Shown here piece after piece: positions 25,395 through 32,000 of a DNA stretch of 32,000 nt. Positions within the stretch are counted from its first letter, which is position 1; the number at the start of each line of letters is the position of its first letter. The translations under genes and the position numbers were made by a program. The notes beneath the pieces are model-generated. The model was not told the origin of the DNA, searched no databases, and was given only the letters and a program-made list of their open reading frames with translations. Origin of the DNA: an uncultured Chloroflexia bacterium (lineage in GTDB: Bacteria > Chloroflexota > Anaerolineae > Anaerolineales > Anaerolineaceae); NCBI GenBank assembly GCA_963704755.1, contig OY969938.1:1500001-1532000 (forward strand), written 5' to 3'.

Positions 25395-25455
25395 GTAGGC
25401 TGGTGGTCTGGCGGTCCGCCGGCACTGGGGAGGTCAGCCCTCAAACGCACCCTAC
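25395..25455. repeat. Degenerate GTAGG...CCCTAC REP-like element
   Basis: GTAGGCTGGTGG...GTCAGCCCTCAAACGCACCCTAC resembles the ATGAGCCCTGCACCCACCCTAC module of 22472-22493 and of the array. Confidence 0.4.
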
Positions 25456-25524
25456 GATAATGTATTTTTAGAAATCTTCTCTGCGCTCTCAGCGCCTCTG
25501 CGGTGAATTTTCCTGGCCAGCGTT

Positions 25525-25670
25525 GCAGAGCGGCCTCGGCCAAGGGTAGCGAGGGACTGGGCCAATCTGCCACAGGCTTTCGTCTTTTCGACCAGCGAAT
25601 TTTCTTATTTTCTTTTCTTTCTCCGTGTGCTCTGTGCCTCCGTGGTTATCTTTCTTTTCCTCTGCGGTGA
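25525..25670 (-). repeat. Composite post-stop repeat, copy downstream of ecfT
   Basis: Plus strand: GCAGAGCGGCCTCGGCCAAGGGTAGCGAGGGACTGGGCCAATCTGC, then a pyrimidine tract ending CTCCGTGTGCTCTGTGCCTCCGTGGTT. On the minus strand it begins within 30 nt of the ecfT stop. Confidence 0.6.
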
Positions 25671-25677
25671 TTAACTC

Positions 25678-26505
25678 TTATCTCCCCAGCCAAAGGATCG
25701 CGACGGCGGCAGCGAGGGACGCCAGGGTAAACCAGGCGTCTTTCCAGGTGAAGTGCATCACGAACATGGAGGTGCGGTTTTTGCTGCTGCCGTAGCCGCG
25801 CGCATCCATGGCCAGGGCCATGGTCTCGGCCCGGCGCAGGCTGGTGAGAAAAAGCGGCAGGATCAACGGGATGACCTGGCGCACCCGTTGGAACAGGTTG
25901 CCCTTACGCGTACCCCATTCGGCGCCGCGGGAGGCCTGCGCCTTGGCGATTCGTTCGGCGGCCTGGGCCAGGAAGGGGATGAACCTCAAGGTGACCTGCA
26001 CGACCATAATCAGGTCTTGGGTGGGGATACCCAGGCGGGCCAGGGGCGAAAACAGTGATTCCAGCCCGTGAATCATCTCGGAAGAGGACAGGGTAAAGGA
26101 AAACAGGCTCAACAACAGGATCAGGGCGGCGAAACGCAACAGCAGCACCCCGGCCGCGGTCAGCCCGGCGGCATAAATGTAGATAAACCCGGCCGCGAAG
26201 ACCGGCACGGCGCCGGCGGGGTGGCCGGTCAAAAAGACCTGCAACACGGCCAGGATCAGCAAAAAAGGCAGGGGCGGCAGCAGCCCGCGTAAGGCGAACC
26301 GCAGGGGGATCCGCCCTAAAATCAGTCCGAGCAGGACGACCAGCAGCGCCAGCAGGAGACCCGGCACGTGCAAGGTGAACGTGACGGCCAGCAGGACGGC
26401 CGTGAATGACAGGATGCGGGCGCGCGGGTCCAGCCGGTGCAGGAAGGAATCGAGCGGCAGGTACTGGCCAATATTGACCATACGCAGAAACTCGAAATTA
26501 TTCAC
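25678..26505 (-). CDS. ecfT: ECF transporter transmembrane component EcfT
   Basis: Conserved N-terminus IGQYLPLDSFLHRLDPRARIL and C-terminal LAMDARGYG. GTG at 26505 is preferred because AGGAGG lies 6 nt upstream. It overlaps the ecfA stop (GTGAATAA). ATG at 26481 is the alternative. Confidence 0.9.
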   Translation of the reverse strand: MNNFEFLRMVNIGQYLPLDSFLHRLDPRARILSFTAVLLAVTFTLHVPGLLLALLVVLLGLILGRIPLRFALRGLLPPLPFLLILAVLQVFLTGHPAGAVPVFAAGFIYIYAAGLTAAGVLLLRFAALILLLSLFSFTLSSSEMIHGLESLFSPLARLGIPTQDLIMVVQVTLRFIPFLAQAAERIAKAQASRGAEWGTRKGNLFQRVRQVIPLILPLFLTSLRRAETMALAMDARGYGSSKNRTSMFVMHFTWKDAWFTLASLAAAVAILWLGR

Positions 26506-28252
26506 GGGCCGCCTCCTGAATGCGTCCCAGGTAAAGGACCAGGTCTTCCGGGCGGACCAGGTTGGGTGGCAGCGGCCAGCCACGGCTGCGCAGCGTCTCG
26601 GCCACATAGGCGACCAAGGGAGCATCCAGGCCGACCGCTTCGAGCTGGCGGATCTGGCCAAAGACCTCCGGACCAGGCCCGGCCATCAACGTGCGGCCTG
26701 CGTGGATCACGGTGACGGCGTCGCACATCTCGGCCACATCCTCCATGTAGTGCGAGGAAAGCACCTGGGTGATACCTTGGGCCTTCAACTGCTTCAGCGA
26801 ATTCAAAGTCTCGCGACGCGAAAGCGGGTCCAGCCCGGCAGTGGGCTCGTCCAGCAGCAGCACCTGGGGGTGCATGGCCAGCAGGGAGGCCAGGGCAACC
26901 TTGCGGCGCTCGCCGCCGCTGAGGGTGAAAGTCAGGCGGTCCTTGAAGCCCGTGAAATCCAGGCCGACCATTTCCATGGCTGTTCGGACGGTCTCGCGCA
27001 GGGCGGGGCCTTGTTCACCGTTCAGGCGCGGCGCGTAGGCAATTTCATCCCCGACGTACTGCTCGAAGAGCTGGTATTCCGGGTTCTGAAAAACCAACCC
27101 GGCGTAGCGCCGCACGGCCTTCAAGTCGGTGCGGCTGTCGTTGAGGTCAAACGGCCCGACAGTAACCCGGCCGGCCTGGGGCAGGAGCAGCCCGTTGAGG
27201 TGTTGCAGCAGGGTGGATTTTCCCGAGCCGGTAATCCCGATCAGGCCATGAACACCCGCTTCGACGGCTTGCAGCGAGGCGCCTTGTAGGGCCAGGTGTG
27301 CCAGGGGGGTACCGCGCAGATAAACATGCTCCAGGTCAGTGACCTGGATGAGGGGATGTATTTCTGCCGCGGGCAAGGCGGGTTCGAGCCAACCCGGCGG
27401 ACCGGGCAGGTTGCGGCTGAAAGCCGGCAGCGCGTCGATCAATTCGCTGCTGCGCAAGATGCCTTCCGGCAGGCCGGGCAGCACACTGCGCATCTGTTCA
27501 ACCAGGCGGGCAGTGTAGGGCACGTCCAGCCCCAGGGATTGCAAGTCGGCCGGGTGGCGGAAGACCTGCTCGGGTGAGCTGTCCAGGGCTACCTGGCCGT
27601 GGTTCAGCACAATCACCCGCCCGGCCTCGACCGCCTCGCGCATGAAGTGCGAAATGACGATCACGGTCAGACCTTCATCGTTCAGCCGGCGGATCAGCTT
27701 GCGCACCATTTGCCGGCCGCCCGGGTCGAGCATGGCGGTGGTCTCGTCGAAGATCACGCAGCGCGGGCGCATGGCCAACACGCCCGCCAGGGCGGCGCGC
27801 TGCATCTGGCCGGCGCTCAGCAGGTGCGGAGGCCGGCTGCGCTGATCGACCAGGCCGGTCGTCTCCAGGGCCTCATCCACCCGCTGGCGGATCTCGTCCT
27901 GGGGCAGGCCCAGGTTCTCCGGGCCGAAGGCAACGTCTTCTTCCAGCACGGCCGCCACGATCTGGTCTTCGGGGGTCTGAAAAACCATGCCGACGCTGCT
28001 GCGGATCGAGGTAAGATTCTGGGCATCGCGGGTATCCATGCCCTGGACCAGCACCCGGCCGTGGTCGGGTAACAGCAGCGCGTTCAGGTGACGGGCCAAT
28101 GTGGTTTTACCGGAGCCGTTCGCACCAACGATGGCTACGTATTCGCCTTCTTCGATCTTCAGGTTGATCCCTCGCAGGGCCGGGATGGCTTCGCCGCCGC
28201 GCACCGGATGGCTGAAGGACAGGTTTTCGATTTCAATGAATAATTGGGTCAT
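26498..28252 (-). CDS. ecfA: Fused ECF transporter ATPase (EcfA1-EcfA2, two ABC domains)
   Basis: 584-aa ORF. Two Walker A sites (GANGSGKTT, GITGSGKST), two ABC signatures (LSAGQMQR, LSGGERRK) and two Walker B sites (CVIFDETT, VLLLDEPT). Confidence 0.93.
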   Translation of the reverse strand: MTQLFIEIENLSFSHPVRGGEAIPALRGINLKIEEGEYVAIVGANGSGKTTLARHLNALLLPDHGRVLVQGMDTRDAQNLTSIRSSVGMVFQTPEDQIVAAVLEEDVAFGPENLGLPQDEIRQRVDEALETTGLVDQRSRPPHLLSAGQMQRAALAGVLAMRPRCVIFDETTAMLDPGGRQMVRKLIRRLNDEGLTVIVISHFMREAVEAGRVIVLNHGQVALDSSPEQVFRHPADLQSLGLDVPYTARLVEQMRSVLPGLPEGILRSSELIDALPAFSRNLPGPPGWLEPALPAAEIHPLIQVTDLEHVYLRGTPLAHLALQGASLQAVEAGVHGLIGITGSGKSTLLQHLNGLLLPQAGRVTVGPFDLNDSRTDLKAVRRYAGLVFQNPEYQLFEQYVGDEIAYAPRLNGEQGPALRETVRTAMEMVGLDFTGFKDRLTFTLSGGERRKVALASLLAMHPQVLLLDEPTAGLDPLSRRETLNSLKQLKAQGITQVLSSHYMEDVAEMCDAVTVIHAGRTLMAGPGPEVFGQIRQLEAVGLDAPLVAYVAETLRSRGWPLPPNLVRPEDLVLYLGRIQEAARE

Positions 28253-28326
28253 TGGTCAAGCAATTTTAACATAGCCGGGTAGTGAAATCTGTCCACAATT
28301 TCGCATATAATACTATTGTCCAAATG

Positions 28327-28435
28327 TCACTACTCAGCTACCCTGGAGGAACTGGGTGTTTTTATTATTTTTGTGTGCTTCGCACACAAAAATAATAAAA
28401 ACACCCATATCTTCTGAACCCGGTTGAGCAGTTGC
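28327..28435. repeat. Palindromic ~110-bp element, copy 3 (perfect 25-bp-arm hairpin flanked by conserved end motifs)
   Basis: TCACTACTCAG (28327-28337). Perfect arms GGGTGTTTTTATTATTTTTGTGTGC (28354-28378) and reverse complement (28382-28406), loop TTC. GTTGAGCAGTTGC (28423-28435). Confidence 0.8.
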
Positions 28436-28469
28436 AAAAAATATTAACAAACCCTGGCCACTCAAGCTT

Positions 28470-29954
28470 GTGATCAACGAAACTGATACCAATCCAACAT
28501 CGACCGATACAGGACTGCACCGCAATCGCTGGCATCATTTCAGACAGCAATTCAAACCCTGGACTTCAGGGGCGTCTGCGCTGCAAAGGATGGCCCTGGT
28601 CAGCGCCGTGCTGGCTTTGCTGATCCTGCTGGTGATCGCCCTGGCCCAAATGGTATTGGCCTTCAACCCTTACCAGGGCGTATACGGACAGGTTGAACAG
28701 ATGGTGGATAACCAGCCCGACCTGGAATCGCACCTGGATTACAACGGCCTGGCTTCTGAAAACCTGGATCCCAGCCTGGATGTCCCGACAGCCCAGGCTT
28801 TAGCCGAATGGTACGCCGGCTCGACCGAATTGAAAATCTCCAGTGTAGCCGCCGAATACGGCGAGCAGAGTGCGGAAGTCCGCAACGCGATCCGCTCGAT
28901 GGGCGACCTGGCTTATGCTATCCGGCGGGTGAATGATGCCCTGCAAACGGTCACCAATGACAACCGCATTTCGCAGGAAATCAGCCAGGTGCGGCTGTAC
29001 CCGGACCGGGTCAACCCGGACCTGCTGATTTCGATTTACAATGATAGCCTGGCCGAAGTGGAATTGATCAACGAGCTGCGCGGCCAGTTGCAAGACCTGG
29101 CTACCCAGGCACGCCAGATTAGCGGGAACGCCCAGGTAAACGCGACGATCGCCATGCTCCAGGCCGATCCGCAGGACGCCTCCACGCCCGTACCGATTGC
29201 ATTGATGGTCAAAGGATATACCTCCTGGCAAAATATTCCCGACCGCTGCCAATCCTTGGAGATACAGTTCGCCGATACCGTCGCGACGCTCAACCAGATT
29301 TACCTGACCATCGACGTGGCCTGGCGTTCGGATCGGAATTGGGGTTACTCATTTTGGGAACCGGCAGCGAGCTGGGTCAACCGCAATATGGCCTGGTTGA
29401 CGGTGCTGGTGATGGCCCTGATCGCCTTTATGCTGGTAGGATTTTTTCGGAAACGAACTGCCTCAGTCAGCGTTCCACCCAAGGAACCCGGGTTCAATTT
29501 CCAGCGCTGGAGCCAGACCCACATTACCCGCCTGGTGGAAACCCAACCACGTGAGAAAGACGGCAGCCCGGATTTTTGGCGAGAGGCCAATTCATTGGTG
29601 CGCCACCTGATCGATGTGCCCGCTCCGGCGGATGCGTCCGCCAGGCGTTCGGCCCCGGCGGTAGCCCGCCTGGTGATTATCCAGCCGAACGGCCAAAAAG
29701 AAGAAAGACCCTTGCCCGATGAGGGGATTTACCGCATTGGCAGCGACCCGAGTTTCCAGGTGCCGATCAATTACCAGCGGGCCGCTTATGTGGAGCTTTG
29801 GATCCGGAAGGCCCGCTCGGGTTATTTTCTGGAGGTCATGTTCAGCGACGACCCGGTGATGGTCAACAACAAGCCGATCCGCGCCGCCCGGGCGTTGAAA
29901 CATGGCGACTTGATCGAGATGAAAGAAATTACCATCATCTATCTGGAGCAATAA
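28470..29954 (+). CDS. Membrane protein with C-terminal FHA domain
   Basis: 494-aa ORF. Hydrophobic segments MALVSAVLALLILLVIALAQMVLAF and MAWLTVLVMALIAFMLVGFF. C-terminal FHA-like YRIGSDPSFQVPIN...VMVNNKPI...LKHGDLIEM. Start (GTG 28470) is uncertain; no clear SD. Confidence 0.8.
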   Translation: MINETDTNPTSTDTGLHRNRWHHFRQQFKPWTSGASALQRMALVSAVLALLILLVIALAQMVLAFNPYQGVYGQVEQMVDNQPDLESHLDYNGLASENLDPSLDVPTAQALAEWYAGSTELKISSVAAEYGEQSAEVRNAIRSMGDLAYAIRRVNDALQTVTNDNRISQEISQVRLYPDRVNPDLLISIYNDSLAEVELINELRGQLQDLATQARQISGNAQVNATIAMLQADPQDASTPVPIALMVKGYTSWQNIPDRCQSLEIQFADTVATLNQIYLTIDVAWRSDRNWGYSFWEPAASWVNRNMAWLTVLVMALIAFMLVGFFRKRTASVSVPPKEPGFNFQRWSQTHITRLVETQPREKDGSPDFWREANSLVRHLIDVPAPADASARRSAPAVARLVIIQPNGQKEERPLPDEGIYRIGSDPSFQVPINYQRAAYVELWIRKARSGYFLEVMFSDDPVMVNNKPIRAARALKHGDLIEMKEITIIYLEQ

Positions 29955-29955
29955 G

Positions 29956-30014
29956 GAACAAAAGATATGGAGAGGGGTGCGGTTTCACCGCACCCCTCTC
30001 CATATCTTTTGTTC
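29956..30014 (+). terminator. Intrinsic terminator, perfect 28-bp-arm hairpin
   Basis: GAACAAAAGATATGGAGAGGGGTGCGGT-ttc-ACCGCACCCCTCTCCATATCTTTTGTTC, followed by TTT. It starts 2 nt after the FHA gene stop. A-tract and T-tract at the base suggest bidirectional use. Confidence 0.7.
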
Positions 30015-30100
30015 TTTAGCCCGCTTGTACAAGAATTTGTGCTTTCCGGTTTGGGTTGTTTACCCGTTAAATGTTAAGATCACTTACCCAGGAGATGCGA

Positions 30101-32000
30101 ATGGAAGCGAGTTTGAACGCCTTTTTTAATCCACGCGGCGTGGCGGTGATTGGCGCCTCGTCCAGCCCGAGCAAACTGAGTTACGGCATCCTGCGTAACC
30201 TGACCCTGTATGGCTACCAGGGCCAGGTTGCCCCGGTCAACCCCAAGGTGAGTGAAATCCTCGGGTTGAAATGCTATAGGGACGTGGCCTCCGTCCCGGA
30301 TCCACTCGACCTGGCGGTCATCGTCCTGCCGGCACCGGCGATCCCGCCGGTGCTGGAAGCCTGCGGGCGGCGGGGGGTGCAGGCGGTGACGATCATCTCG
30401 GGTGGGTTCAAGGAGATTGGGACCGAGGGCGCCGGTTTGGAGAAAACCATCCTGGAAATTGCCGCCCGTTACGCTATCCGCCTGGTTGGGCCGAATTGTG
30501 TGGGTACATTGGACATGTATTCCGGCCTGAATACCACCTTTATCCAGGGCGAGCCGGAAAAAGGCGGGATCGGTTTCGTTTCCCAATCCGGGGCGGTCGG
30601 CGGAGGTGTGGTGGACCTGCTGCGCAACAAAAAAATCGGCTTTGCCAATTTTTCCAGCCTGGGTAACGAGGCGGACGTGACCGAGACGGATATGATCGAG
30701 TACCAGGCGGCCAACCAGCGTACAAAAGTCATTGCCGCTTACGTGGAACAAATCCGCGATGGGCAGCGCTTCATCGCCACCGCCCGCCGGGTGACCCGCC
30801 ACAAGCCGATCGTGCTGCTCAAGGCCGGGCGGACACAAGCCGGAGCGCGAGCGGTTTCGTCGCATACCGGCTCGCTGGCCGGCTCGCACGCAGCCTACCA
30901 GGCGGCCTTTGCCCAATCCGGGGTGATCGAGGTGAGCAACGTGACCAACCTGTTCGACGTAGCCCAGGCGCTGGATACCCAGCCCTTGCCGGGCGGTAAA
31001 CGGGTAGCCATCCTGACCAATGCCGGCGGCCCGGCCGCCCTGGCTTCCGACAGCCTGGCCGATCACGGGCTGCAAATGGCCGATCTTTCCGAAGCAACCC
31101 GCCAGTTGCTGCGGGATAACCTCAACCCGGCGGCTCAGGTAGGCAACCCGGTGGATATGTTGGGCGGCGCTGAACCGGGTGAGTTTTACCTGGCGTTGCA
31201 GGCCGTGCTGAGCGATCCCAATGTGGATGCGGCCGTCCCGATCCTGGTACCGCAGGCGCTGGTGGACCCAGCCGCGGTGGCCAGAAGCATCTGTGAGGCC
31301 TCTCAGGGCAGCGCCAAGCCGGTGCTGGCCTGTTTTATGGGGGATTGGTCGGTAGGCCCGGCGCGCGAGCTGCTGCACGCGCACGGCGTGCCGATGTACG
31401 TGTCACCCGAAACGCCCGGGCTGGTGTTAGGCGCCATGCTGGATTATGCCGCCTGGCTAGCCCGGCCGGCCGAGGAAAGCCAGGTCCTCGAGGGTGTCGA
31501 CCACGACCAGGCCGCGGCCTTAATCCGGGCGGAAAGCGGGCACGGCTCGCTGGGCGAGGCGCTGACTCGCCCGCTGCTGGCGGCCTACGGCATGCCGGTC
31601 GTGGCCGGCGAAACGGCTCACGGTGCCGCGGAGGCTGCTGAAATTGCCGGACGGATCGGTTTCCCGGTAGTGATGAAGATCGTCTCGCCTGATATTCTGC
31701 ACAAGTCAGATGTAAGCGGTATCCGGCTCGACCTGGCAGACAAAGATGCTGTGGCCCTTGCTTACGATGATTTGATGCGGAGCGTGGCTTTGCGTGCGCC
31801 TCAGGCGCGGCTGGACGGGGCTTTGATCGAGGCCATGGCGCCCAAGGGACAGGAAGTGATCGTGGGCATGCGCCGGGATGCAAATTTCGGTCCGCTGATG
31901 ATGTTCGGGCTGGGTGGGGTGTACGTCGAGCTGTTTGGGGATGTCGCTTTCCGGGTGGCGCCATTAAGCCGCCAGGATGCGCTCGAGATGATCCGCCAGA
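30101..32000 (+). CDS. ADP-forming acetyl-CoA synthetase family protein (CoA-binding plus ATP-grasp), 3' end off window
   Basis: ATG 30101 with AGGAG upstream. MEASLNAFFNPRGVAVIGASSSPSKLSYGILRNL (CoA-binding), VGPNCVG, SQSGAVGG, then an ATP-grasp region (GFPVVMKIVSPDILHKSDVSGIRL). Open to the window end, so absent from the track. Minus ORFs 30080-31384 and 31335-31964 are shadows. Confidence 0.9.
   Translation, partial: MEASLNAFFNPRGVAVIGASSSPSKLSYGILRNLTLYGYQGQVAPVNPKVSEILGLKCYRDVASVPDPLDLAVIVLPAPAIPPVLEACGRRGVQAVTIISGGFKEIGTEGAGLEKTILEIAARYAIRLVGPNCVGTLDMYSGLNTTFIQGEPEKGGIGFVSQSGAVGGGVVDLLRNKKIGFANFSSLGNEADVTETDMIEYQAANQRTKVIAAYVEQIRDGQRFIATARRVTRHKPIVLLKAGRTQAGARAVSSHTGSLAGSHAAYQAAFAQSGVIEVSNVTNLFDVAQALDTQPLPGGKRVAILTNAGGPAALASDSLADHGLQMADLSEATRQLLRDNLNPAAQVGNPVDMLGGAEPGEFYLALQAVLSDPNVDAAVPILVPQALVDPAAVARSICEASQGSAKPVLACFMGDWSVGPARELLHAHGVPMYVSPETPGLVLGAMLDYAAWLARPAEESQVLEGVDHDQAAALIRAESGHGSLGEALTRPLLAAYGMPVVAGETAHGAAEAAEIAGRIGFPVVMKIVSPDILHKSDVSGIRLDLADKDAVALAYDDLMRSVALRAPQARLDGALIEAMAPKGQEVIVGMRRDANFGPLMMFGLGGVYVELFGDVAFRVAPLSRQDALEMIRQ

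Noticed and set aside
27378-27395. tRNA-like T-arm string GGTTCGAGCC
   Set aside because: It lies inside the ecfA coding sequence. No acceptor, D or anticodon arms can be drawn around it. I saw no tRNA genes anywhere in the window.
30080-31964. 434-aa and 209-aa minus-strand ORFs
   Set aside because: They are antisense shadows of the plus-strand ADP-forming acetyl-CoA synthetase gene, which has clear family motifs. The same reasoning applies to 14519-15586, 16228-16785, 26375-27289 and 9516-10118.

Overview
Chromosomal, mostly housekeeping window. It is GC-rich by eye, and gene content and repeat style suggest a Chloroflexota/Anaerolineae-like genome (low confidence).

Gene content, in order:
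- Minus-strand block: secA (partial), lpdA, a 2-oxoacid dehydrogenase E1alpha-E1beta-E2 operon and an FprA-like flavoprotein.
- Two M16 peptidase genes and acpS, all broken by many frameshifts.
- An intact metallophosphoesterase and a ParB-like/DUF4032 gene.
- A small protein plus a stand-alone FtsK-like P-loop ATPase, driven by a near-consensus promoter with an overlapping palindrome.
- A 1.3-kb rve-type IS with a 5-bp target duplication, inserted 120 bp upstream of frr.
- frr-uppS-cdsA-glpX, an MFS transporter and an ECF transporter (S component; EcfT; fused EcfA1A2).
- An FHA-domain membrane protein and a partial ADP-forming acetyl-CoA synthetase.

I found no rRNA, tRNA or CRISPR array, and no recognisable defence or secretion locus.

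The unusual content is non-coding. Intergenic spacers are long (380-930 bp) and packed with several interspersed repeat families:
1. A ~110-bp palindromic element with conserved inverted end motifs. Its central hairpin (23-27 bp arms) is mismatch-free in every copy but unrelated in sequence between copies.
2. A 3-unit tandem array of ~200-215-bp units, which shares modules with a 175-bp GTAGGG...CCCTAC-bounded element.
3. A composite post-stop-codon element (a tract of SD-like purine octamers plus a hairpin), always in the same orientation relative to the upstream gene.
4. Tandem heptamer repeats.

Three of the perfect hairpins have the heptamer GCGAAGC/GCTTCGC exactly at the apex.

All functional ideas for these repeats are inference. 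I could run no search or folding computation.
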